Shown here one piece after another: positions 17,381-25,760 of a stretch of 32,000 nucleotides of DNA. The notes beneath the pieces are model-generated. The model was not told the origin of the DNA, did no database searches, and worked only from the letters and a program-made list of their open reading frames with translations. Made by a program: the position numbers and the translations under genes. This DNA is from Candidatus Saccharimonadota bacterium (GTDB taxonomy: Archaea > Nanohalarchaeota > Nanosalinia > Nanosalinales > Nanosalinaceae): assembly GCF_047555085.1 (NCBI RefSeq), contig NZ_CP180230.1, positions 900,001 to 932,000 on the forward strand, given 5' to 3'. How positions within the stretch are numbered: the first letter of the stretch is position 1; each line of letters opens with the position of its first letter.

Positions 17381-17481
17381 ACGGCCTTCCAACATATTTT
17401 CTCTTTTTCTTTTCAGGCAGAAACAGTCCAACAGCCACCTGAAGCGAAAAATACTTAAAATTCGCTGTCGATTTGCTACCT

Positions 17482-18816
17482 ATGAGCAACAAAACACTGA
17501 AGGATATTGATCGGGCCATCAGGGAGTTGAGATCCGAGATAGAGATCTACAGCAGAGTGACTCCTGAGAACTCTGAAGAGGCCAGGAAAAAATTTGAGGA
17601 GAGTATAAAAGGAGAAGTACCTGAATCAGAGGCCTCTGTCCGTGAAGACGTTGTTAACGAAGTTGTAAGCGATACTGTAGCATCCTCTATTACTCCTGAC
17701 GATCTTGGAGCCGAAGAGATAAGAGAACAGGATATCGAAGATCCTGAATTTGAGTATATTGATCAGGAAAGTTTTGAAGACGTCAGAAGAGAGCTTGCCA
17801 GATTCGAGAGAGATCTTGATGAAACAGATGCTTCTGAGACAGTAAAAGAGATGTACAGAGATACTATCGAAGAAGGAATGGCTTTGATTGATATCGCCGA
17901 GAATCTTGGAGATCCGGAAGCGGTGCAGGAGGCCTCAAGAAGGATTTACGGCGAGCCATCCGAAAGTACTGTTGAATGGGCAGACGAAGTGCTTCAAAAT
18001 GAAGAATCTGCTGATGATCCAAGGTATACGGAAGGAAGATTCTCGACTACAGACATGAAGGAGTCTCTAGAGAAGACTCTGGCTCTTCTGGATATGGAGG
18101 AATGGACTGTAGACACCAGAGAAAAAGGCTCTATGAAAGTTAACGCTGCGAATCAGGAAGTCAGTGTCCCGGAGGGAAGAGAGTTTACAGAGAACGAAAT
18201 GATGAGACTTCTGGTACACGAAATCGGCACACACGCCCTGAGAGGAGCAAACGGATACAAACAGGAGTTCGGCGTGATGGGATCAGGAACAGGACATTAT
18301 CATCAGGCCGCCGAAGGAATCGCTTTCTTCCTGGAGGAGGCTACAGGCCTCTCAAATCCGGACAACAAGAAAAAGTACGCTGCACGAGTTAAATCCGTGG
18401 AATCTGTTATGGACGGAAACGACTTCACAGACACCTATATCATGAACAGGGAGTTCGGATTCGATCACGACAAGGCCTGGAATATAAGCCTGAGAGCTCA
18501 CAGAGGCGGCGGATTCATCAAGGATCATATCTACGCCGAAGGCTTCAGGCAGATAGAGGCCTATCTGAAAGAAAGCGATGACGTTGAGAACAGCGACGGA
18601 CTTGAGGAGTTCATGGCTATGGACGGACATCTGGAGGATCTTATGGCTGGAAAGATTTCAGTCGAACAGGGCTATAATCTTAGAGGAGAGTTAGAGGCCG
18701 AATACAGCCCTATGACTGTGATAGAGAATCTGGATTATCTGACGCCCGATGGCGTTGATACAAGCGTCGTGGACGTTGATCCAAGGCTGCAGCAGTGGTA
18801 CTCTCAGGCCTCCTAG
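17482..18816 (+). CDS. DUF1704-type putative zinc metallopeptidase (HExxH; MATCAP / tyrosine carboxypeptidase-like family)
   Basis: Contains LLVHEIGTHALRG (HEIGTH at 18217-18234), followed by AAEGIAFFLEE, which resembles the family's QEGLA motif. The N-terminal about 200 aa are acidic. The ATG at 17482 is supported by aaaaatacttaaaattc (17447-17463). Confidence 0.6.
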   Translation: MSNKTLKDIDRAIRELRSEIEIYSRVTPENSEEARKKFEESIKGEVPESEASVREDVVNEVVSDTVASSITPDDLGAEEIREQDIEDPEFEYIDQESFEDVRRELARFERDLDETDASETVKEMYRDTIEEGMALIDIAENLGDPEAVQEASRRIYGEPSESTVEWADEVLQNEESADDPRYTEGRFSTTDMKESLEKTLALLDMEEWTVDTREKGSMKVNAANQEVSVPEGREFTENEMMRLLVHEIGTHALRGANGYKQEFGVMGSGTGHYHQAAEGIAFFLEEATGLSNPDNKKKYAARVKSVESVMDGNDFTDTYIMNREFGFDHDKAWNISLRAHRGGGFIKDHIYAEGFRQIEAYLKESDDVENSDGLEEFMAMDGHLEDLMAGKISVEQGYNLRGELEAEYSPMTVIENLDYLTPDGVDTSVVDVDPRLQQWYSQAS

Positions 18817-18842
18817 AATTCTTTGCTGATTTCAGGTCTTAA

Positions 18843-18855
18843 CGATAAAAAAATT
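18843..18855 (+). promoter_or_regulatory. TATA-like box for alaS (leaderless)
   Basis: The element cgataaaaaaatt is centred about 26 bp upstream of the ATG at 18874. Confidence 0.5.
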
Positions 18856-18873
18856 CTCTTGGAACTGTTGAGT

Positions 18874-21675
18874 ATGAAAAGCCTCGATGAGCTGAAGCAG
18901 GAGATACAGGAAGAAGCATCAGAGAATCCAGAAAAATTCTTTGCTACAGATGTACTGAGGGAGAAAGGATTCAGTCGAGGCCAGTGCAAAAAATGTGGAC
19001 TGTATTTCTGGGCAAAAAACGAGGATAGAGAGATCTGCGGCGAACCGGAATGCGGAGACGGATATACATTCATAAACGATTCTCCGACAGATAAAGAATT
19101 ATCTTACATCGAGGCCTGGAAAAAGTTCGAGGAATTCATGAAGGACAGAAATTACAAGTCAATCGATCGTTATCCTGTCGTTGCTCGCTGGAGAGACGAC
19201 GTTGAATTTACCGGGGCCTCTATTTACTGTTTCCAGCCTTATGTTGTTTCTGGAGAGGCCGAGCCACCTGCAGACGAGTTAGTTATCCCTCAGCCTTCTC
19301 TCCGTTTCAACGATGTCGACAACGTTGGAGTCACAGGCAGACACTATACTAACTTCACTATGATCGGGCAGACATGCTTCAAGGAAGGTGAAGAGTACGA
19401 TCAGGACCGATACTTCCGCGACATGTTCGAATTCGCAGTAGAAGGACTCGGAATACCGGAAGAGAAACTTATACTGCATGAAGACAGCTGGGGCGGCGGA
19501 GGAAATCTAGGTGCATGCATGGAGTTCTTCGTCGATGGCCTAGAACTCTGGAATCAGGTCTACATGTTTTACAAGCAGACTCCGAACGGCTACGAGGATC
19601 TGGATCTGAAAGTTCTCGACATGGGTATGGGCCAGGAAAGAATCACATGGATATCCAAAGGGACAGAGACTAGTTACGAGTCCGTCATGCCTGAGACTCT
19701 GGAGAAGATGAAGGAACGGACAGGCCTTGAAATCGATCAGGATATCTGGGAAAAGTTCCTGCCACATTCCAGCGAGTTAAACATCGATGAAGTCGATGAT
19801 ATCGATGAAAAATGGCAGGAAGTAGCTGAAAAAATCGATGAAGACGTCGACGATCTAAAAGATGCTATAAAGCCGGCTGCAGCACTCTATAGCATTGCTG
19901 AACACTCAAGAGCTTTGATCTATGCTCTTGCAGACGGGAAGATTCCATCAAATACAGGCGGCGGCCATAATCTACGGATGATCTACCGTAGAGCGAAGGA
20001 TTTCATAGAGAAATATGACTGGGATCTTGACATGAAAGAAGTTGCCAGATGGAACTCTGAAGAGCTTGAACCGATGTTCCCTGAGCTCCTTGCATCCATG
20101 AACGAGATAGAGGAGATCCTAGAAGTTGAAGCAGAGAAGTACGAGGCCTCAAGGAATAAAGCAGAGAAAAAGCTTGCTTCACTGGATGAACAGCCTTCTC
20201 TGGATGAAATGATAGAGCTCTACGAGAGTCACGGCGTTTCACCAGAAATGATGGAGGAACATGGATTCGAAGTCCCTGAAGATTTCTACACACAGCTTGG
20301 AGGAGATGAAGAAACTTTACATGAAGCTGATGAAGAGTTCGATCTTGAAAACGTGGCGGAGACGGAGAAACTTTACTACCAAAGACGTGAGCCATATAGA
20401 GATGATGGAGAAACACAGGATTTCAGCTTCGAGGCCTCTGTAGTTGATATAATCGATGAGGAATGGATAGTCCTGGACAGGACGATGTTTTACCCGCAGG
20501 GAGGAGGCCAGGCCCACGATACCGGAAAAATTAATGGATATGAAGTGGAGGAAGTGCAGAAACAGCAGAACGTGGTACTCCATCGTGCACCAGAACACGA
20601 TCTTGAGGAAGAGGCCTCTGTAGAGTGCATCGTGGATGGTGAGAGAAGGAAGCAGTTGACTCAGCACCACTCCAGCACCCACATGGTGAATGCTGCAGCA
20701 CGTGAAGAACTCGGCGAACATATCTATCAGGCCGGTGCAAACAAGACTACTGAAAAGGCAAGGCTGGATGTGACGCATTACGAGAAGCCTTCCAGAGAAG
20801 TACTTGACGAGATAGAGGCCTCAGTAAGAAAGATGATTGAAGACGATCACAGTATCGATGTGGTGGAGCTTCCGAAGAGTGAGGCAGAGCAGCGATACGG
20901 CTTCAGAATCTATCAGGGAGGGGCTCCTCCAGGGAACATGATCAGATTGATCGATATCAGGGACGTGGATATAGAGGCCTGTGGAGGAACACATCTTGCA
21001 AAGACTTCTCATGCGGATGAATTCTTTATTACAGGCTGCAAGCGTATTCAGGACGGAGTCATACGTCTGGAGTACAAGGCTGGAGAAGCCGCCAGAGAGT
21101 TCAGGAACGATATCGGAGACCGTGTAGAAAAAGTTTCAGAACTGCTGGAAAAAGACGCAGAAAGAGATCCACGCGAAGTCCAGAGAGAGCTTTGTGAAAT
21201 ATTCTCAGTCGAACCAGTACATCTTATCGATACTATCGAAAGATTTCTGGAGGAAGTGGAGGACTACAGAGATGACGTGGAGAAGCTCTCAAGCTTCCTG
21301 AAAGCTGATACAGGCCTGAATGATATCAAAGGCTCATCAATAGTTGAGAAAGCTGAAGCCCTGTTTGATGCCCGCAAGGAGAGAGAAAAGAAAGTTGAAG
21401 ATCTTGAATCACAGATCGAAGAATATCTGGACAGCGAGATCGAGGAATCCGGAGTATCGGAAGTAGAAGCCGAGGTACCTACCGAAAACATAGGCCTCTT
21501 GATACAGGTAGCTCAGAAGCTTTCCAGAAAGCACGAGGCCAGAGTTACTCTTGTAGGAGAGAAAGGTGCTGTTTCAGCCTCTCAAACAGGTGAAAGCGCA
21601 AGGAAAAAACTGGAGGATCTTGGATCTGAAAATGTTCAGGGCGACGAAGAGTTCGCCAAGGCCTTCGACATCTGA
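18874..21675 (+). CDS. alaS: Alanyl-tRNA synthetase (archaeal type)
   Basis: Has an N-terminal Cys cluster (CKKCGLYFWAKNEDREICGEPEC) and editing-domain zinc motifs (HSSTHMVN and CGGTH). Length is about 930 aa. The start was moved from 18823 to the ATG at 18874. Confidence 0.95.
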   Translation: MKSLDELKQEIQEEASENPEKFFATDVLREKGFSRGQCKKCGLYFWAKNEDREICGEPECGDGYTFINDSPTDKELSYIEAWKKFEEFMKDRNYKSIDRYPVVARWRDDVEFTGASIYCFQPYVVSGEAEPPADELVIPQPSLRFNDVDNVGVTGRHYTNFTMIGQTCFKEGEEYDQDRYFRDMFEFAVEGLGIPEEKLILHEDSWGGGGNLGACMEFFVDGLELWNQVYMFYKQTPNGYEDLDLKVLDMGMGQERITWISKGTETSYESVMPETLEKMKERTGLEIDQDIWEKFLPHSSELNIDEVDDIDEKWQEVAEKIDEDVDDLKDAIKPAAALYSIAEHSRALIYALADGKIPSNTGGGHNLRMIYRRAKDFIEKYDWDLDMKEVARWNSEELEPMFPELLASMNEIEEILEVEAEKYEASRNKAEKKLASLDEQPSLDEMIELYESHGVSPEMMEEHGFEVPEDFYTQLGGDEETLHEADEEFDLENVAETEKLYYQRREPYRDDGETQDFSFEASVVDIIDEEWIVLDRTMFYPQGGGQAHDTGKINGYEVEEVQKQQNVVLHRAPEHDLEEEASVECIVDGERRKQLTQHHSSTHMVNAAAREELGEHIYQAGANKTTEKARLDVTHYEKPSREVLDEIEASVRKMIEDDHSIDVVELPKSEAEQRYGFRIYQGGAPPGNMIRLIDIRDVDIEACGGTHLAKTSHADEFFITGCKRIQDGVIRLEYKAGEAAREFRNDIGDRVEKVSELLEKDAERDPREVQRELCEIFSVEPVHLIDTIERFLEEVEDYRDDVEKLSSFLKADTGLNDIKGSSIVEKAEALFDARKEREKKVEDLESQIEEYLDSEIEESGVSEVEAEVPTENIGLLIQVAQKLSRKHEARVTLVGEKGAVSASQTGESARKKLEDLGSENVQGDEEFAKAFDI

Positions 21676-21686
21676 AATAGAAATAC

Positions 21687-21706
21687 AGGCCTGAAAAAAC
21701 AGGCCT
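21687..21706. terminator. Hairpin from two AGGCCT copies (7-bp stem AGGCCTG/CAGGCCT, loop AAAAAA) in the convergent gap after alaS
   Basis: The sequence acAGGCCTGaaaaaaCAGGCCTcag lies 12 nt after the alaS stop and 19 nt from the stop of the minus-strand gene. On the minus strand the loop reads TTTTTT. Confidence 0.5.
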
Positions 21707-21724
21707 CAGAGATTTAAGAAGTTT

Positions 21725-22279
21725 TTAAAGTGCTCCAAGCGACTGGCATCTTGCTGCAACGCCCTGTAGCTGTGAAAGAGCGTTGCAGACTGCTGTCTCT
21801 ACTTCTGTCTGTGTTATATCGCCAGAAATTATCTCCTGCCTTGGAATGACTCCTCTCTGTGAGGCAGATCCCCCTACAACTACTGCCGAAGGATAGTCCT
21901 CGATTCTGGTCTGGCTTGGCAGGTCTTCAGACTCTGAGAGAGGTATCACCTGTACATAGGCTCTGTTGTTGAAGTTTGAGGCCACAGGCCTCATGTCCTC
22001 GATGTTCTCGAGCTGTGATTCGTTATCATAGATTACGTTGACGTACGCGATATCGTTCTGTGCTGCGGATACTACCTGTTCTCTGTAGTTTTTCTGGAAT
22101 CCGGTCTCGCTGTATGTACTGTTCGGAAGCTCGTAGTTGAGCTGCTGTGTATCATCGTTTCCTGTGCTGCCTCCCGGTGCTCCGCCGGCGTAGATCATGA
22201 ACGTTGCTCCGAATCCTACCGCCATCATAAGTGCGATAAGTAGATTTCCGTACTGCTTGACTTTTTTCCAGAGTCCCAT
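21725..22279 (-). CDS. Membrane-anchored hypothetical protein (N-terminal TM helix, extracytoplasmic domain)
   Basis: Starts MGLWKKVKQYGNLLIALMMAVGFGATFMIYAGG, followed by a soluble domain with two Cys near the C-terminus. No family was recognised. Confidence 0.55.
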   Translation of the reverse strand: MGLWKKVKQYGNLLIALMMAVGFGATFMIYAGGAPGGSTGNDDTQQLNYELPNSTYSETGFQKNYREQVVSAAQNDIAYVNVIYDNESQLENIEDMRPVASNFNNRAYVQVIPLSESEDLPSQTRIEDYPSAVVVGGSASQRGVIPRQEIISGDITQTEVETAVCNALSQLQGVAARCQSLGAL

Positions 22280-22297
22280 GTAGATGACTTGGAGGCC

Positions 22298-22317
22298 TAA
22301 AATAATAAAGGTTTAAT
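22298..22317. promoter_or_regulatory. Central A/T-rich element equidistant (about 27 bp) from two divergent start codons
   Basis: The element ctaaaataataaaggtttaa sits midway between the minus-strand ATG at 22279 and the plus-strand ATG at 22334. Confidence 0.4.
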
Positions 22318-22333
22318 CACCGAAAACGTCGGT

Positions 22334-22732
22334 ATGATAGTAGGATTCAACGTTGACAGCATAGACGCCAGCAAGCAGGAAAACGCACGAGGCAACCTGA
22401 AGATTAACTACGTACCAGAGATCGAAAACGTCGAATCAGCTTCAGTAAGCGCATTCGACGAAGAAGTCGCAAAAATTGATTTCAACTTCTCGGTAAGATA
22501 CATGGCCGGAGAAGAAGTAAGAGCCGAGATCAACATCGCAGGAAACGTTCTCTGGAACGGCGATACAGAAAAAATCGTGGATACCTGGGAAGAGAAAGGA
22601 GAACTGGATGAAAGCATGAGAGCACCTCTGATGAACGACATGTACAGAAAACTGCTTTCAGAGGCCGTAGGAATCGCAGATACTTTGAGCATGCTGCCAC
22701 CGATCCCTACACCGCAGGTAGACCAGAACTAG
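22334..22732 (+). CDS. Hypothetical cytoplasmic protein (132 aa); weak SecB-like pattern
   Basis: This is a clean ORF with acidic composition. A beta-rich N-terminal part is followed by a helical C-terminal part ending in LSMLPPIPTPQV, which loosely recalls the SecB chaperone layout. Assignment is speculative. Confidence 0.5.
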   Translation: MIVGFNVDSIDASKQENARGNLKINYVPEIENVESASVSAFDEEVAKIDFNFSVRYMAGEEVRAEINIAGNVLWNGDTEKIVDTWEEKGELDESMRAPLMNDMYRKLLSEAVGIADTLSMLPPIPTPQVDQN

Positions 22733-22938
22733 CGGAAAACACCTATCATCCTTATCTTTTTACCCAGTACGTCTTTCGCACGTGTCTCAACGAGGCCTTC
22801 CTTTTCCAGTATGTTGAGGCATCTGTGTACATCTTCTTCACTCCATTCAAGTTCCTGAGCGACTTTCGCCGCCGATATTTTTTCGCCTTCACCTATCAAT
22901 TCTTTCGAGGCCTTCAGAACTTTCCTTTTTCTTTCCAC
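22729..22938 (-). CDS. Small winged-helix DNA-binding protein (69 aa)
   Basis: Contains ISAAKVAQELEWSEEDVHRCLNILEKEGLVETR, a typical wHTH recognition segment. A GTG start is required because there is no N-terminal ATG. The element tgataaattc (22961-22970) is centred about 27 bp upstream. It overlaps the convergent neighbour by 4 nt (CTAG). Confidence 0.6.
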   Translation of the reverse strand: MERKRKVLKASKELIGEGEKISAAKVAQELEWSEEDVHRCLNILEKEGLVETRAKDVLGKKIRMIGVFR

Positions 22939-22975
22939 GTAAAACTATAAACATCGACAGTGATAAATTCAGTGT

Positions 22976-23218
22976 ATGGGCCTTAATGAAGCTGAAGAGG
23001 AGTTAAATGAAGGAGACTACGATAACGCAGTCAACGATCTTGAAGAGGAGATCGATTCCGTCGAAAGAGATTTCGAGTCTATAAAGGATGAGGAGGCCTC
23101 TGGAGAACTAAAGGAGAAGCAGGAGAAGGCCGAGGAAATCCTGGATGAGATACATGATCAGCTGCATGTTCTGCAGAAACATATAGAGAACGCCAGCGAA
23201 ACAAATAAAAATTTTTAA
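22976..23218 (+). CDS. Small acidic coiled-coil hypothetical protein (80 aa)
   Basis: The ORF has a helical, acidic sequence. The element aaaactataaac (22941-22952) is centred about 29 bp upstream. It lies immediately upstream of hsp20. Confidence 0.45.
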   Translation: MGLNEAEEELNEGDYDNAVNDLEEEIDSVERDFESIKDEEASGELKEKQEKAEEILDEIHDQLHVLQKHIENASETNKNF

Positions 23219-23246
23219 AGACATATACAAAACGGTGAGTATCCAA

Positions 23247-23672
23247 ATGAGACGCCTAAAGAGACAGGATGACCTCGATGACATCTTCAAGCAGATGGAA
23301 AACGTATTCAACAAGTTCCAGGAGAAGGGAACAGATTTTGCCTCGGAACTGAGGCCTAACTTCCCTGTAGACATCGCAGAGGAGGACGGCGAATTCGTAA
23401 TCACAGCCGATCTTCCGGGAGTCAACAAGGAAGAAATCAACATCAAGGCCGATGAAGAGTCAGTAGACATCTCTGCAGAATCCAGCGCAGAAGTAGAGGA
23501 AGAGAACGAGAAGTACTACAGAAAGGAGCGATCACACAGAAGATTCAACAGAAGAGTGAACTTCCCTGCGAAAGTAGATGCTGATACAGTCGAGGCAGAG
23601 TACAAGGACGGTGTGCTGACTATCACAGCCGAGAAAGATGTCGAGGAAGGACGCGACATCGAGATCGAGTAA
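23247..23672 (+). CDS. hsp20: Small heat shock protein, Hsp20/alpha-crystallin family
   Basis: Has an alpha-crystallin domain: VDIAEEDGEFVITADLPGVNKEEINIKADEESVDISAE...FNRRVNFPAKVDADTVEAEYKDGVLTITAEK. The ATG at 23247 is preferred over the GTG at 23235. Confidence 0.9.
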   Translation: MRRLKRQDDLDDIFKQMENVFNKFQEKGTDFASELRPNFPVDIAEEDGEFVITADLPGVNKEEINIKADEESVDISAESSAEVEEENEKYYRKERSHRRFNRRVNFPAKVDADTVEAEYKDGVLTITAEKDVEEGRDIEIE

Positions 23673-23757
23673 AAAACACACCTCCATTTCCTATTTCTAT
23701 TATTCTCCAGCTATTTTTACCGGAAAATTTTTAACGTTAGAGGCCTCTACTGTTGAT

Positions 23758-24687
23758 GTGGCCGCAGAAGAGATATTCTACGATATAGAAGGCGTGCCTG
23801 ATACTTTCTACGAAGAAGCTCGTGAAAACGTTGTCATGATCGGCGATGTCCATGTAATGGATGAGAAGCCGGCGGAAAGACTTTCCTACGCACGTGAAGT
23901 CGCTGGCGATGTCAACGAGGCCCTGGAAAGATACAACTCTGATACTGTCGTTTTCAACGGCGACACAGGAAGTCCTGATCACATAGGAACTATACTGGAT
24001 GAATTAGAGGCCTCGAATGCGATATTTATAGAGGGGGATGAGGACAGGAAGAAAGATCGGGAAAGAAACTACAATGGTTGGGCTAATCTTCTGGATAAAA
24101 CTCATTCAAGGCATTTCGATACAGAAGTGGATTACAGTCTTGAAGGGGAACACATACGGCTTGACGAGGAAATCGAGCTGCCAGGACATTATCCTGTCCA
24201 CGTACAGCATTTCCCGGAGGACTGTCTGGACTCGGAACAAGAGTTAGGGTTTCAGGCCGCATGGTTCGCAAATCCACGGGCATACGAGATGGATGCCTAC
24301 GATGTCTCTCCAAGCATGAACGATATGCCTCAGGTCGGCGTACACAGCCACAACCACGGCTACGATGCACAGCAGATCGGGAAAACAGGCCTTGTCTCAC
24401 TGCCGGGAGGACGAGACAACTATGTGACAAACGGCAACCTCCCCAGAAACGGTCTAACAGCATTCAGTTTCGGGGAAAAAGACTTCGAGGTAGTACACCA
24501 GGCCCGGGAAACCGGAGAGATCCAGGAATCACAGAGATTCAAAGAAACCAAAAAAGGATTCAAAATGATCGATTCAAAAGGCAAAGCACATTTCACACCG
24601 CTCGGCAGATACGAGAAAGGCGAACTACCGCCAGGATACCTGCAACACCTCCTGGAAAACCCGAACAGAAAGCGGATAAACCACTGA
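23758..24687 (+). CDS. Calcineurin-like metallophosphoesterase-related protein with an atypical motif III
   Basis: Contains VVMIGDVHVMD (motif I, DxH), VVFNGDTGSPD (motif II, GDxxD) and IFIEGDEDRK in place of GNH(D/E), then VHSHNHGY. The start is uncertain. GTG 23758 fits the TATA-like gaaaatttttaacg (23724-23736); the alternative is the ATG at 23836. The track's 23638 start overlaps hsp20. Confidence 0.55.
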   Translation: MAAEEIFYDIEGVPDTFYEEARENVVMIGDVHVMDEKPAERLSYAREVAGDVNEALERYNSDTVVFNGDTGSPDHIGTILDELEASNAIFIEGDEDRKKDRERNYNGWANLLDKTHSRHFDTEVDYSLEGEHIRLDEEIELPGHYPVHVQHFPEDCLDSEQELGFQAAWFANPRAYEMDAYDVSPSMNDMPQVGVHSHNHGYDAQQIGKTGLVSLPGGRDNYVTNGNLPRNGLTAFSFGEKDFEVVHQARETGEIQESQRFKETKKGFKMIDSKGKAHFTPLGRYEKGELPPGYLQHLLENPNRKRINH

Positions 24688-24689
24688 AC

Positions 24690-25706
24690 TTATTTTCCCG
24701 CGCGTAAAACCGCTCTGGACTCTTCTCTACCCACCTCAACACGGTAGCCAAATTTCTCGATAACATACGAATTAGACCGGATATGCGAATTTATCTCCGG
24801 AACAGAGTACACTCCATCGACTATCGCCGCGAAAACCATCAACTGATCTGCCATGTACTCATCGACAGAGGCCTCCGAATCATGGAACTCCATAAACGCC
24901 TGGAAGGCCTGTTCAGCTACTTTCTCGGAACTTTTACCTTTCTCCCCTAGTGCATCGAAACCTGCTATCGAGTTCTCATAGACAGCTTTGATCAAAAGAG
25001 CGGAGCCTGTAGAATCTGATTCGATATACTCGAAATTTTTCTCAACTTTTTCTGAAGCAAAATTTTTCTTCAGTTTTTTAGCTGCTTCATCGGCCTGACG
25101 CTCCGCCACGTTACTTTCCTCAAGATCCCTGGAGGCCTTCGAGTAGATCTCGATTTTTTCAAGTTCTCCACGCTCCAAGAGTTCAAAACTTTCCATGGAG
25201 TAATTTTCTGTCTCCAGGGAGATTTTTCCACCACCTTTCGGATAGAAACCTGTTTTTTCAACCTCAAAATCTGTTTCAAGGCCTAGTTTTTCCAGTAAAA
25301 GAAGTTTAACATGTTCATAGTAAAGTGAGGTCGGCGACCATTTTACATCGGTTCCTCCGGAGGCCTTTATACCGAATTTTTCCGTGAACTGTGTTGTGAC
25401 AGGTAAAACAGTATCGAAGAGCAAAGTTGTGCTTCCTGCCGTCCCTATATCTGATTCTATATCCTGGTTGCGGTATTTTCCTGGTTTGAAAACTATTTTC
25501 TCCGAATATTTCTCCAGGCCTTCTGTTTTGGCGTCGCAGAGTTTTTTCGCTGCTTTAACGCATTCCAGGTGCTGGTTTTTCAGGCCCGGATTCGATCGAT
25601 TGCCTCTGATGTTTTCTATAGTAAAGTTTTTTCCGGTGACTGCGGAAAGTGTTAAAGCTGTTCTCAGCATCTGTCCTCCGCCCTTCTCACCGTTTATCTG
25701 TATCAT
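24690..25706 (-). CDS. rtcA: RNA 3'-terminal phosphate cyclase
   Basis: Starts MIQINGEKGGGQMLRTALTLSAVTGKNFTIENIRGNRSNPGLKNQHL, matching the conserved RtcA N-terminus. The start was moved from 25892 to the ATG at 25706. Confidence 0.9.
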   Translation of the reverse strand: MIQINGEKGGGQMLRTALTLSAVTGKNFTIENIRGNRSNPGLKNQHLECVKAAKKLCDAKTEGLEKYSEKIVFKPGKYRNQDIESDIGTAGSTTLLFDTVLPVTTQFTEKFGIKASGGTDVKWSPTSLYYEHVKLLLLEKLGLETDFEVEKTGFYPKGGGKISLETENYSMESFELLERGELEKIEIYSKASRDLEESNVAERQADEAAKKLKKNFASEKVEKNFEYIESDSTGSALLIKAVYENSIAGFDALGEKGKSSEKVAEQAFQAFMEFHDSEASVDEYMADQLMVFAAIVDGVYSVPEINSHIRSNSYVIEKFGYRVEVGREESRAVLRAGK

Positions 25707-25727
25707 GGAAAATTCAATGAGGCCGGA

Positions 25728-25738
25728 GTTATTTGAAT
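25728..25738. promoter_or_regulatory. Single A/T element (gttatttgaat) centred exactly between the divergent rtcA and ybaK-like starts
   Basis: The midpoint of 25706 and 25761 is 25733.5, and the element centre is 25733. That puts it about 27 bp from each ATG. Confidence 0.4.
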
Positions 25739-25760
25739 CTGGCCGGGAAAATTTTCGGTA

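Noticed and set aside
24261-24707. A 148-aa + strand ORF in an alternative frame of the metallophosphoesterase-like gene, plus the 126-aa antisense ORF at 24083-24463.
   Set aside because: Their Arg-rich composition is atypical for this genome, and the overlapped frame carries the recognisable motifs.
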